A stretch of 64,000 nt of DNA. It comes from the human T2T-CHM13v2.0 reference genome, Homo sapiens. Made by a program: the position numbers and the translations under genes. Every line of letters starts with the position of its first letter. The stretch's first letter is position 1. The notes below the pieces were generated by a model. That model did not search any database and was not told the origin of the DNA. It worked only from the letters and a program-made list of their open reading frames with translations. The DNA lies in NCBI RefSeq assembly GCF_009914755.1, contig NC_060948.1; one strand, written 5' to 3'. Shown piece by piece: positions 35,701-50,700 of this stretch.

Positions 35701-38700
35701 GAATGGAAGGGAATCGAACGGAATGGACTCGAAGGGAAAAGACTGCAATGGAAAGGTCTCGAATGGAATGGAAATTAATGGAATGGAATGGAATCGAATG
35801 AAATGGAGTCAAAAGGAATGGAATCGAATGGCAAGAAATCGAATGTAATGGAATCGCAAGGAATTGATGTGAACGGAACGGAATGGAATGGAATCCAAAG
35901 GAATGGAATAGAATGGAATGGAATCGAATGGAAAGGACTCGAATGGAAATCACTCGAATAGAATGCAATTTAATAAAATAGGATCAAATGTAATGGAATG
36001 GAATGGAAAGGAATCGAAACGAAAGGAATGGAGACAGATGGAATGGAATGGAACAGAGAGCAATGGTATAGAATGGAATGGAATCATCTGGAATGGAATT
36101 GAATGGAATGGAATAATATGAAATGGAATGGAATGGAATGGAATGCCCTTGAATTAAATGGACTGGAATGGAATGGACTCGAACAGAGTGGAATGGAAAG
36201 TGTTGAAATAGAATGGAATGGACTCGTTTGGAATGGTCTAGTATGCAATGCAATCGACTGGCAGGGAATCAAAAGGAATGTAATCGAATGGATTGGACTG
36301 GAATGCAATGGACTCGAATAGATTGGAAACGGAAAGCAAAGGAATGGAATGGAATAGTATGGAATGGAATGGAAAGGAATGGAGTGGAATAGACTAGAGT
36401 GGAATGGAATGGACTGGAAAGCAATGGACTGGAATGGAACTTTCTTGAATGGACTGGAATCAAACGGAATGGAATGCAATGCAATCAAATGGCATGGAAT
36501 AAAATAGAATGAAAGAGAATCAAATGGAATTGAATCGAATGGAATCGAATGGATTGGAAAGGAATAGAATGGAATGGAATGGAATTGACTCAAATGGAAT
36601 GGACTAGAATGGAATGGATTCGAATGGAAGGCAAAGGAATGGAATCTATTGGAATGGACTGTAATGGAATGGAATGGAAGGGATTGGAATGGACTCGAAT
36701 GGAATGGACTGCAGTAGAAAGGATTCGAATGGAATGAAAAAGGATTGAATGGAATAGAACAGAATGGAATCAAATCGAATGAAATGGAATGGAATAGAAA
36801 GGAATGGAATGAAATGGAATGGAAAGGATTCGAATGGAATGCAATCGAATGGAATGAAATCGAATGGAATGGAATCGAACGAAATGGAATAAAATGGAAG
36901 AAAACTGGCAAGAAATGGAATCGAAATGAATGGAGTGTTATGGAACGGACTCAAAAGGAATTGAATGTAATAGAATGGAGTGGAGTGGACTCGAATATAA
37001 TGGACTAGAATGGAATGAAATCACATGGAATGGGAACGAATGGAATGGAATGGAAAGGAATGGAATCGAATGGAAAGGAATCGAATGGAAGGGAATGAAA
37101 TTGAATCAACAGGAATGGAAGGGAGTAGAATAGACGGTAATGGAATGGACTCGAATAGAATGGACACGAATGCTCAAATTGAATGGACTCGAATGGAATG
37201 GCAACAAAAGGAATGTCATCGAATGGAATTGAATCGATTGGAATGAAATCACATAGAATGGAGTGGAATCAAATGGAATTGAATCGAAAGGAAAGGAAGC
37301 GAATGGACTGAAATGAAATGGAATGGAATTGAATGGAAATTAATGCAATGGAATAGAATGGAACGAAATTTCACGGAATGGAATCAAACTGAATGGAATC
37401 AAATCAATGGAATATAATCAAATGGAATGGAAAGGAACTGAATGGAGTAGATTGGATTGGATGGGATTGGAATGAAATGTACTGGAAAGGACTCGAATTT
37501 CATGAAACGGAATGGAATGAATTAGAACGGAATGGACTCGAATGGAATGGAATGTCATGGAATGGCATCAAATGGAATGGAATCGAATGCGATGGAATGC
37601 TATGGAATGGAATGGAATGCATTGGAATGGAATGTCCTCTAATGGAATGTATTCGAGTGGAATGGAATCGAATATAATGGAGTCTAATGAAATGGAATTG
37701 AAAGGAATGGGACCGAATACAATGGAATAAACTGGAATGTAATGTAATGAACTCGAATGTAATTGACTGGAATGGAATGTACATGAATGGAATGTAATCG
37801 AATGGAAAGCAATCCAATGGAATAGAATCTAATGCAATAAAATCGACTCAAATAGAGTAGAATGTAATGGAATGGAGTGCAGTGCAATGGAATGGAATGG
37901 AATGCAATGGAATGGAATGGAATGGAATGGAATGGAATGGGATGGAATGGTATGGAATGGATAGTAATGGACTGGAGTGAAATGGACTGGAAAAGAATGG
38001 ACTCAAATTGAAAGGGCTCGAAAGGAATGGAGTCAAATGGAATGGTCTGGAATGGAATGAACACGAATGTAATGCAATCCAATAGAATGGAATCGAATGG
38101 CATGGAATATAAAGAAATGGAATCGAAGAGAATGGAAACAAATGGAATGGAATTGAATGGAATGGAATTGAATGGAATGGGAACGAATGGAGTGAAATTG
38201 TATGCAGTAGAAGAGAATAGAATGGAATGCAAGCGAAAGGAAAGGAATGGATTGGAATGGAATGGAATTCATTGGAATGGAAGGGAATGTAGTGTAATGG
38301 ACAGGCCTGGAATAAAGTGGAATGCTACGGTCTCGAATGGAATAAAAATGTATGGAATGGAATGCAATGAAACGGAATCGAATGTCATAGAATGTAATGG
38401 AATGCAAAAAAATGGACTCCAAAATCATTGACTGGAAAGGCTGGGTGTCGAAAGGAATTGACTCCAATGGAATGGAATCGAATGGAATGGAAGTGAATAG
38501 AATCGAACTAAATCGAATGGAATGGAATTGATAGGAACGGAATGGAAAGGAATGCAATGATTTGGCATGGAATGGAATCGAAAGGCATCGAATGGAATGG
38601 AATGGAATGCAATGGAATGGAATGTATTAGAATGTAATGAACATTAATGGAAAGTACTCGAATGGATTCGACTGGAATGGAATGTTCTGGAAGTGAATGG

Positions 38701-41700
38701 ACTCCAATGGAATGGATTCGAAAGGAATGGAATCGAACGGAATGGAATTAAACGGAAATGAATCAAATAGAATAGAACGGAATTGAATTGAATGGAATCG
38801 AATGCAATGGAATCTAATGAAACGGAAAGGAATGGAATGGAATGGGCTGGAATGGAATGGAATCGAAACGAATGGAATGGAATCGAACTGAAGAGACTGG
38901 AATGGAATGCACTGGAATGGAAGGGAATGTAATGGAAGGTTCTCGAAAAAAATGGAATCGAAAGGAATGGAATTGAATGGAACGGAATATAGTCGAATGG
39001 AATTCAATGGAATGGAATGGACTAGAGTGAAATGGAATCGAACCACAAGGAATGGACAGGAATAGAATGGTCTCGAATTGAATGGAATCGTATGGAATGG
39101 CATCAAACGGAATGGAATGGACGGCCACGGAATGGAATGCACTCGAATGCAATGGAGTCGAAACTAATGGACTGGAATAGAATGGACTCGACTGGTACGG
39201 ACTCCAATGGAATGGAATCGAATGGAAGGGAATCGAACGGAATGGACTCGAAGGGAAAAGACTGCAATGGAAAGGTCTCGAATGGAATGGAAATTAATGG
39301 AATGGAATGGAATCGAATGAAATGGAGTCAAAAGGAATGGAATCGAATGGCAAGAAATCGAATGTAATGGAATCGCAAGGAATTGATGTGAACGGAACGG
39401 AATGGAATGGAATCCAAAGGAATGGAATAGAATGGAATGGAATCGAATGGAAAGGACTCGAATGGAAATCACTCGAATAGAATGCAATTTAATAAAATAG
39501 GATCAAATGTAATGGAATGGAATGGAAAGGAATCGAAACGAAAGGAATGGAGACAGATGGAATGGAATGGAACAGAGAGCAATGGTATAGAATGGAATGG
39601 AATCATCTGGAATGGAATTGAATGGAATGGAATAATATGAAATGGAATGGAATGGAATGGAATGCCCTTGAATTAAATGGACTGGAATGGAATGGACTCG
39701 AACAGAGTGGAATGGAAAGTGTTGAAATAGAATGGAATGGACTCGTTTGGAATGGTCTAGTATGCAATGCAATCGACTGGCAGGGAATCAAAAGGAATGT
39801 AATCGAATGGATTGGACTGGAATGCAATGGACTCGAATAGATTGGAAACGGAAAGCAAAGGAATGGAATGGAATAGTATGGAATGGAATGGAAAGGAATG
39901 GAGTGGAATAGACTAGAGTGGAATGGAATGGACTGGAAAGCAATGGACTGGAATGGAACTTTCTTGAATGGACTGGAATCAAACGGAATGGAATGCAATG
40001 CAATCAAATGGCATGGAATAAAATAGAATGAAAGAGAATCAAATGGAATTGAATCGAATGGAATCGAATGGATTGGAAAGGAATAGAATGGAATGGAATG
40101 GAATTGACTCAAATGGAATGGACTAGAATGGAATGGATTCGAATGGAAGGCAAAGGAATGGAATCTATTGGAATGGACTGTAATGGAATGGAATGGAAGG
40201 GATTGGAATGGACTCGAATGGAATGGACTTCAGTAGAAAGGATTCGAATGGAATGAAAAAGAATTGAATGGAATAGAACAGAATGGAATCAAATCGAATG
40301 AAATGGAATGGAATAGAAAGGAATGGAATGAAATGGAATGGAAAGGATTCGAATGGAATGCAATCGAATGGAATGAAATCGAATGGAATGGAATCGAACG
40401 GAATGGAATAAAATGGAAGAAAACTGGCAAGAAATGGAATCGAAATGAATGGAGTGTTATGGAACGGACTCAAAAGGAATTGAATGTAATAGAATGGAGT
40501 GGAGTGGACTCGAATATAATGGACTAGAATGGAATGAAATCACATGGAATGGGAACGAATGGAATGGAATGGAAAGGAATGGAATCGAATGGAAAGGAAT
40601 CGAATGGAAGGGAATGAAATTGAATCAACAGGAATGGAAGGGAGTAGAATAGACGGTAATGGAATGGACTCGAATAGAATGGACACGAATGCTCAAATTG
40701 AATGGACTCGAATGGAATGGCAACGAAAGGAATGTCATCGAATGGAATTGAATCGATTGGAATGAAATCACATAGAATGGAGTGGAATCAAATGGAATTG
40801 AATCGAAAGGAAAGGAAGCGAATGGACTGAAATGAAATGGAATGGAATTGAATGGAAATTAATGCAATGGAATAGAATGGAACGAAATTTCACGGAATGG
40901 AATCAAACTGAATGGAATCAAATCAATGGAATATAATCAAATGGAATGGAAAGGAATTGAATGGAGTAGATTGAATTGGATGGGATTGGAATGAAATGTA
41001 CTGGAAAGGACTCGAATTTCATGAAACGGAATGGAATGAATTAGAACGGAATGGACTCGAATGGAATGGAATGTCATGGAATGGCATCAAATGGAATGGA
41101 ATCGAATGCGATGGAATGCTATGGAATGGAATGGAATGCATTGGAATGGAATGTCCTCTAATGGAATGTATTCGAGTGGAATGGAATCGAATATAATGGA
41201 GTCTAATGAAATGGAATTGAAAGGAATGGGACCGAATACAATGGAATATACTGGAATGTAATGTAATGAACACGAATGTAATTGACTGGAATGGAATGTA
41301 CATGAATGGAATGTAATCGAATGGAAAGCAATCCAATGGAATAGAATCTAATGCAATAAAATCGACTCAAATAGAGTAGAATGTAATGGAATGGAGTGCA
41401 GTGCAATGGAATGGAATGGAATGGAATGCAATGGAATGGAATGGAATGGAATGGGATGGAATGGTATGGAATGGATAGTAATGGACTGGAGTGAAATGGA
41501 CTGGAAAAGAATGGACTCAAATTGAAAGGGCTCGAAAGGAATGGAGTCAAATGGAATGGTCTGGAATGGAATGAACACGAATGTAATGCAATCCAATAGA
41601 ATGGAATCGAATGGCATGGAATATAAAGAAATGGAATCGAAGAGAATGGAAACAAATGGAATGGAATTGAATGGAATGGAATTGAATGGAATGGGAACGA

Positions 41701-44700
41701 ATGGAGTGAAATTGTATGCAGTAGAAGAGAATAGAATGGAATGCAAGCGAAAGGAAAGGAATGGATTGGAATGGAATGGAATTCATTGGAATGGAAGGGA
41801 ATGTAGTGTAATGGACAGGCCTGGAATAAAGTGGAATGCTACGGTCTCGAATGGAATAAAAATGTATGGAACGGAATGCAATGAAACGGAATCGAATGTC
41901 ATAGAATGTAATGGAATGCAAAAAAATGGACTCCAAAATCATTGACTGGAAAGGCTGGGTGTCGAAAGGAATTGACTCCAATGGAATGGAATCGAATGGA
42001 ATGGAAGTGAATAGAATCGAACTAAATCGAATGGAATGGAATTGATAGGAACGGAATGGAAAGGAATGCAATGATTTGGCATGGAATGGAATCGAATGGC
42101 ATCGAATGGAATGGAATGGAATGCAATGGAATGGAATGTATTAGAATGTAATGAACTTTAATGGAATGTACTCGAATGGATTCGACTGGAATGGAATGTT
42201 CTCGAAGTGAATGGACTCCAATGGAATGGATTCGAAAGGAATGGAATCTAATGGAATGGAATTAAATGGAAATGAATCAAATTGAATAGAACGGAATTGA
42301 ATTGAATGGAATCGAATGCAATGGAATCTAATGAAACGGAAAGGAAAGGAATGGAATGGATTGGAATGGAATGGGCTGGAATGGAATGGAATCGAAACGA
42401 ATGGAATGGAATCGAACTGAAGAGACTGGAATGGAATGCACTGGAATGGAAGGGAATGTAATGGAAGGTCCTCGAAAAAAATGGAATCGAAAGGAATGGA
42501 ATTGAATGGAACGCAATAGAGTCGAATGGAATTGAATGGAATGGAATGGACTAGAGTGAAATGGAATCGAACCACAAGGAATGGACAGGAATAGAATGGT
42601 CTCGAATTGAATGGAATCGTATGGAATGGCATCAAACGGAATGGAATGGACAGCCACGGAATGGAATGGACACCCACGGAATGGAATGCACTCGAATGCA
42701 ATGGAGTCGACACTAATGGACTGGAATAGAATGGACTCGACTGGTACGGACTCCAATGGAATGGAATCGAAAGGAAGGGAATCGAAAGGAATGGACTCGA
42801 AGGGAAAAGACTGCAATGGAAAGGTCTCCAATGGAATGGAAATTAATGGAATGGAATGGAATCGAATGAAATGGAGTCAAAAGGAATGGAATCGAATGGC
42901 AAGAAATCGAATGTAATGGAATCGCAAGGAATTGATGTGAACGGAACGGAATGGAATGGAATCCAAAGGAATGGAATAGAATGGAATGGAATCGAATGGA
43001 AAGGACTCGAATGGAAATCACTCGAATAGAATGCAATTTAATAAAATAGGATCAAATGTAATGGAATGGAATGGAAAGGAATCGAAACGAAAGGAATGGA
43101 GACAGATGGAATGGAATGGAACAGAGAGCAATGGTATAGAATGGAATGGAATCATCTGGAATGGAATTGAATGGAATGGAATAATATGAAATGGAATGGA
43201 ATGGAATGGAATGCCCTTGAATTAAATGGACTGGAATGCAATGGACTCGAATAGAGTGGAATGGAAAGTGTTGAAATAGAATGGAATGGACTCATTTGGA
43301 ATGGTCTAGTATGCAATGCAATCGACTGGCAGGGAATCAAAAGGAATGTAATCGAATGGATTGGACTGGAATGCAATGGACTCGAATAGATTGGAAGCGG
43401 AAAGCAAAGGAATGGAATGGAATAGTATGGAATGGAATGCAAAGGAATGGAGTGGAATAGACTAGAGTGGAATGGAATGGACTCGAAAGCAATGGACTGG
43501 AATGGAACTTTCTTGAATGGACTGGAATCAAACGGAATGGAATGCAATGCAATCAAATGGCATGGAATAAAATAGAATGAAAGAGAATCAAATGGAATTG
43601 AATCGAATGGAATCGAATGGATTGGAAAGGAATAGAATGGAATGGAATGAAATTGACTCAAATGGAATGGACTAGAATGGAATGGATTCGAATGGAAGGC
43701 AAAGGAATGGAATCTATTGGAATGGACTGTAATGGAATGGAATGGAAGGGATTGGAATGGACTCGAATGGAATGCGCTGCAATAGAAAGGATTCGAATGG
43801 AATGAAAAAGAATTGAATGGAATAGAACAGAATGGAATCAAATCGAATGAAATGGAATGGAATAGAAAGGAATGCAATGAAATGGAATGGAAAGGATTCG
43901 AATGGAATGCAATCGAATGGAATGGAATCGAATGGAATGGAATCGAACGGAATGGAATAAAATGGAAGAAAACTGGCAAGAAATGGAGTCGAAATGAATG
44001 GAGTGTTATGGAACGGACTCAAAAGGAATTGAATGTAATAGAATGGAGTGGAGTGGACTCGAATATAATGGACTGGAGTGGAATGAAATCACATGGAATG
44101 GGAACGAATGGAATGGAATGGAAAGGAATGGAATCGAATGGAAAGGAATCGAATGGAAGGGAATGAAATTGAATCAACAGGAATGGAAGGGAGTAGAATA
44201 GACGGTAATGGAATGGACTCGAATAGAATGGACACGAATGCTCAAATTGAATGGACTCGAATGGAATGGAAACGAAAGGAATGTCATCGAATGGAATTGA
44301 ATCTATTGGAATGAAATCACATAGAATGGAGTGGAATCAAATGGAATTGAATCGAAAGGAAAGGAAGCGAATGGACTGAAATGAAATGGAATGGAATTGA
44401 ATGGAAATTAATGCAATGGAATAGAATGGAACGAAATTTCACGGAATGGAATCAAACTGAATGGAATCAAATCAATGGAATATAATCAAATGGAATGGAA
44501 AGGAATTGAATGGAGTAGATTGGATTGGATGGGATTGGAATGAAATGTACTGGAAAGGACTCGAATTTCATGAAACGGAATGGAATGAATTAGAACGGAA
44601 TGGACTCGAATGGAATGGAATGTCATGGAATGGCATCAAATGGAATGGAATCGAATGCGATGGAATGCTATGGAATAGAATGGAATGCATTGGAATGGAA

Positions 44701-47700
44701 TGTCCTCTAATGGAATGGATTCGAGTGGAATGGAATCGAATATAATGGAGTCTAATGAAATAGAATTGAAAGGAATGGGACCGAATACAATGGAATATAC
44801 TGGAATGTAATGTAATGAACTCGAATGTAATTGACTGGAATGGAATGTACATGAATGGAATGTAATCGAATGGAAAGCAATCCAATGGAATAGAATCTAA
44901 TGCAATAAAATCGAGTCAAATAGAGTAGAATGTAATGGAATGGAGTGCAGTGCAATGGAATGGAATGGAATGGAATGCAATGGAATGGAATGGAATGGAA
45001 TGGGATGGAATGGTATGGAATGGATAGTAATGGACTGGAGTGAAATGGACTGGAAAAGAATGGACTCAAATTGAAAGGGCTCGAAAGGAATGGAGTCAAA
45101 TGGAATGGTCTGGAATGGAATGAACACGAATGTAATGCAATCCAATAGAATGGAATCGAATGGCATTGAATATAAAGAAATGGAATCGAAGAGAATGGAA
45201 ACAAATGGAATGGAATTGAATGGAATGGGAACGAATGGAGTGAAATTGTATGCAGTAGAAGGGAATAGAATGGAATGCAAGCGAAAGGAAAGGAATGGAT
45301 TGGAATGGAATGGAATTCATTGGAATGGAAGGGAATGTAGTGTAATGGACAGGCCTGGAATAAAGTGGAATGCTACGGTCTCGAATGGAATAAAAATGTA
45401 TGGAATGGAATGCAATGAAACGGAATCGAATGTCATAGAATGTAATGGAATGCAAAAAAATGGACTCCAAAATCATTGACTGGAAAGGCTGGGTGTCGAA
45501 AGGAATTGACTCCAATGGAATGGAATCGAATGGAATGGAAGTGAATAGAATCGAACTAAATCGAATGGAATGGAATTGATAGGAACGGAATGGAAAGGAA
45601 TGCAATGATTTGGCATGGAATGGAATCGAATGGCATCGAATGGAATGGAATGGAATGCAATGGAATGGAATGTATTAGAATGTAATGAACTTTAATGGAA
45701 TGTACTCGAATGGATTCGACTGGAATGGAATGTTCTCGAAGTGAATGGACTCCAATGGAATGGATTCGAAAGGAATGGAATCTAATGGAATGGAATTAAA
45801 CGGAAATGAATCAAATAGAATAGAACGGAATTGAATTGAATGGAATCGAATGCAATGGAATCTAATGAAACGGAAAGGAATGGAATGGAATGGGCTGGAA
45901 TGGAATGGAATCGAAACGAATGGAATGGAATCGAACTGAAGAGACTGGAATGGAATGCACTGGAATGGAAGGGAATGTAATGGAAGGTTCTCGAAAAAAA
46001 TGGAATCGAAAGGAATGGAATTGAATGGAACGGAATAGAGTCGAATGGAATTGAATGGAATGGAATGGACTAGAGTGAAATGGAATCGAACCACAAGGAA
46101 TGGACAGGAATAGAATGGTCTCGAATTGAATGGAATCGTATGGAATGGCATCAAACGGAATGGAATGGACAGCCACGGAATGGAATGGACACCCACGGAA
46201 TGGAATGCACTCGAATGCAATGGAGTCGACACTAATGGACTGGAATAGAATGGAGTCGACTGGTACGGACTCCAATGGAATGGAATCGAATTGAAGGGAA
46301 TCGAACGGAATGGACTCGAAGGGAAAAGACTGCAATGGAATGGTCTCCAATGGAATGGAAATTAATGGAATGGAATGGAATCGAATGAAATGGAGTCAAA
46401 AGGAATGGAATCGAATGGCAAGAAATCGAATGTAATGGAATCGCAAGGAATTGATGTGAACGGAACGGAATGGAATGGAATCCAAAGGAATGGAATAGAA
46501 TGGAATGGAATCGAATGGAAAGGACTCGAATGGAAATCACTCGAATAGAATGCAATTTAATAAAATAGGATCAAATGTAATGGAATGGAATGGAAAGGAA
46601 TCGAAACGAAAGGAATGGAGACAGATGGAATGGAATGGAACAGAGAGCAATGGTATAGAATGGAATGGAATCATCTGGAATGGAATTGAATGGAATGGAA
46701 TAATATGAAATGGAATGGAATGGAATGGAATGCCCTTGAATTAAATGGACTGGAATGGAATGGACTCGAACAGAGTGGAATGGAAAGTGTTGAAATAGAA
46801 TGGAATGGACTCGTTTTGAATGGTCTAGTATGCAATGCAATAGACTGGCAGGGAATCAAAAGGAATGTAATCGAACGGATTGGACTGGAATGCAATGGAC
46901 TCGAATAGATTGGAAACGGAAAGCAAAGGAATGGAATGGAATAGTATGGAATGGAATGCAAAGGAATGGAGTGGAATAGACTAGAGTGGAATGGAATGGA
47001 CTCGAAAGCAATGGACTGGAATGGAACTTTCTTGAATGGACTGGAATCAAACGGAATGGAATGCAATGCAATCAAATGGCATGGAATAAAATAGAATGAA
47101 AGAGAATCAAATGGAATTGAATCGAATGGAATCGAATGGATTGGAAAGGAATAGAATGGAATGGAATGGAATTGACTCAAATGGAATGGACTAGAATGGA
47201 ATGGATTCGAATGGAAGGCAAAGGAATGGAATCTATTGGAATGGACTGTAATGGAATGGAATGGAAGGGATTGGAATGGACTCGAATGGAATGGACTGCA
47301 GTAGAAAGGATTCGAATGGAATGAAAAAGAATTGAATGGAATAGAACAGAATGGAATCAAATCGAATGAAATGGAATGGAATAGAAAGGAATGGAATGAA
47401 ATGGAATGGAAAGGATTCGAATGGAATGCAATCGAATGGAATGAAATCGAATGGAATGGAATCGAACGGAATGGAATAAAATGGAAGAAAACTGGCAAGA
47501 AATGGAATCGAAATGAATGGAGTGTTATGGAACGGACTCAAAAGGAATTGAATGTAATAGAATGGAGTGGAGTGGACTCGAATATAATGGACTGGAATGG
47601 AATGAAATCACATGGAATGGGAACGAATGGAATGGAATGGAAAGGAATGGAATCGAATGGAAAGGAATCGAATGGAAGGGAATGAAATTGAATCAACAGG

Positions 47701-50700
47701 AATGGAAGGGAGTAGAATAGACGGTAATGGAATGGACTCGAATAGAATGGACACGAATGCTCAAATTGAATGGACTCGAATGGAATGGAAACGAAAGGAA
47801 TGTCATCGAATGGAATTGAATCGATTGGAATGAAATCACATAGAATGGAGTGGAATCAAATGGAATTGAATCGAAAGGAAAGGAAGCGAATGGACTGAAA
47901 TGAAATGGAATGGAATTGAATGGAAATTAATGCAATGGAATAGAATGGAACGAAATTTCACGGAATGGAATCAAACTGAATGGAATCAAATCAATGGAAT
48001 ATAATCAAATGGAATGGAAAGGAATTGAATGGAGTAGATTGGATTGGATGGGATTGGAATGAAATGTACTGGAAAGGACTCGAATTTCATGAAACGGAAT
48101 GGAATGAATTGGAACGGAATGGACTCGAATGGAATGGAATGTCATGGAATGGCATCAAATGGAATGGAATCGAATGCGATGGAATGCTATGGAATGGAAT
48201 GGAATGCATTGGAATGGAATGTCCTCTAATGGAATGTATTCGAGTGGAATGGAATCGAATATAATGGAGTCTAATGAAAGGGAATTGAAAGGAATGGGAC
48301 CGAATACAATGGAATATACTGGAATGTAATGTAATGAACTCGAATGTAATTGACTGGAATGGAATGTACATGAATGGAATGTAATCGAATGGAAAGCAAT
48401 CCAATGGAATAGAATCTAATGCAATAAAATCGACTCAAATAGAGTAGAATGTAATGGAATGGAGTGCAGTGCAATGGAATGGAATGGAATGGAATGCAAT
48501 GGAATGGAATGGAATGGAATGGAATGGAATGGAATGGGATGGAATGGTATGGAATGGATAGTAATGGACTGGAGTGAAATGGACTGGAAAAGAATGGACT
48601 CAAATTGAAAGGGCTCGAAAGGAATGGAGTCAAATGGAATGGTCTGGAATGGAATGAACACGAATGTAATGCAATCCAATAGAATGGAATCGAATGGCAT
48701 GGAATATAAAGAAATGGAATCGAAGAGAATGGAAACAAATGGAATGGAATTGAATGGAATGGAATTGAATGGAATGGGAACGAATGGAGTGAAATTGTAT
48801 GCAGTAGAAGAGAATAGAATGGAATGCAAGCGAAAGGAAAGGAATGGATTGGAATGGAATGGAATTCATTGGAATGGAAGGGAATGTAGTGTAATGGACA
48901 GGCCTGGAATAAAGTGGAATGCTACGGTCTCGAATGGAATAAAAATGTATGGAATGGAATGCAATGAAACGGAATCGAATGTCATAGAATGTAATGGAAT
49001 GCAAAAAAATGGACTCCAAAATCATTGACTGGAAAGGCTGGGTGTCGAAAGGAATTGACTCCAATGGAATGGAATCGAATGAAATGGAAGTGAATAGAAT
49101 CGAACTAAATCGAATGGAATGGAATTGATAGGAACGGAATGGAAAGGAATGCAATGATTTGGCATGGAATGGAATCGAATGGCATCGAATGGAATGGAAT
49201 GGAATGCAATGGAATGGAATGTATTAGAATGTAATGAACTTTAATGGAATGTACTCGAATGGATTCGACTGGAATGGAATGTTCTCGAAGTGAATGGACT
49301 CCAATGGAATGGATTCGAAAGGAATGGAATCTAATGGAATGGAATTAAATGGAAATGAATCAAATTGAATAGAACGGAATTGAATTGAATGGAATCGAAT
49401 GCAATGGAATCTAATGAAACGGAAAGGAAAGGAATGGAATGGATTGGAATGGAATGGGCTGGAATGGAATGGAATCGAAACGAATGGAATGGAATCGAAC
49501 TGAAGAGACTGGAATGGAATGCACTGGAATGGAAGGGAATGTAATGGAAGGTTCTCGAAAAAAATGGAATCGAAAGGAATGGAATTGAATGGAACGGAAT
49601 AGAGTCGAATGGAATTCAATGGAATGGAATGGACTAGAGTGAAATGGAATCGAACCACAAGGAATGGACAGGAATAGAATGGTCTCGAATTGAATGGAAT
49701 CGTATGGAATGGCATCAAACGGAATGGAATGGACAGCCACGGAATGGAATGGACACCCACGGAATGGAATGCACTCGAATGCAATGGAGTCGACACTAAT
49801 GGACTGGAATAGAATGGACTCGACTGGTACGGACTCCAATGGAAGGGAATCGAAAGGAATGGACTCGAAGGGAAAAGACTGCAATGGAAAGGTCTCGAAT
49901 GGAATGGAAATTAATGGAATGGAATGGAATCGAATGAAATGGAGTCAAAAGGAATGGAATCGAATGGCAAGAAATCGAATGTAATGGAATCGCAAGGAAT
50001 TGATGTGAACGGAACGGAATGGAATGGAATCCAAAGGAATGGAATAGAATGGAATGGAATCGAATGGAAAGGACTCGAATGGAAATCACTCGAATAGAAT
50101 GCAATTTAATAAAGTAGGATCAAATGTAATGGAATGGAATGGAAAGGAATGGAAACGAAAGGAATGGAGACAGATGGAATGGAATGGTACAGAGAGCAAT
50201 GGTATAGAATGGAATGGAATCATCTGGAATGGAAGTGAATGGAATGGAATAATATGAAATGGAATGGAATTTAATGGAATGGAATGCCCTTGTATTAAAT
50301 GGACTGGAATGGAATGGACTCGAACAGAGTGGAATGGAAAGTGTTGAAATAGAATGGAATGGACTCGTTTGGAATGGTCTAGTATGCAATGCAATCGACT
50401 GGCAGGGAATCAAAAGGAATGTAATCGAATGGATTGGACTGGAATGCAATGGACTCGAATAGATTGGAAACGGAAAGCAAAGGAATGGAATGGAATAGTA
50501 TGGAATGGAATGGAAAGGAATGGAGAGGAATAGACTAGAGTGGAATGGAATGGACTCGAAAGCAATGGACTGGAATGGAACTTTCTTGAATGGACTGGAA
50601 TCAAACGGAATGGAATGCAATGCAATCAAATGGCATGGAATAAAATAGAATGAAAGAGAATCAAATGGAATTGAATCGAATGGAATCGAATGGATTGGAA

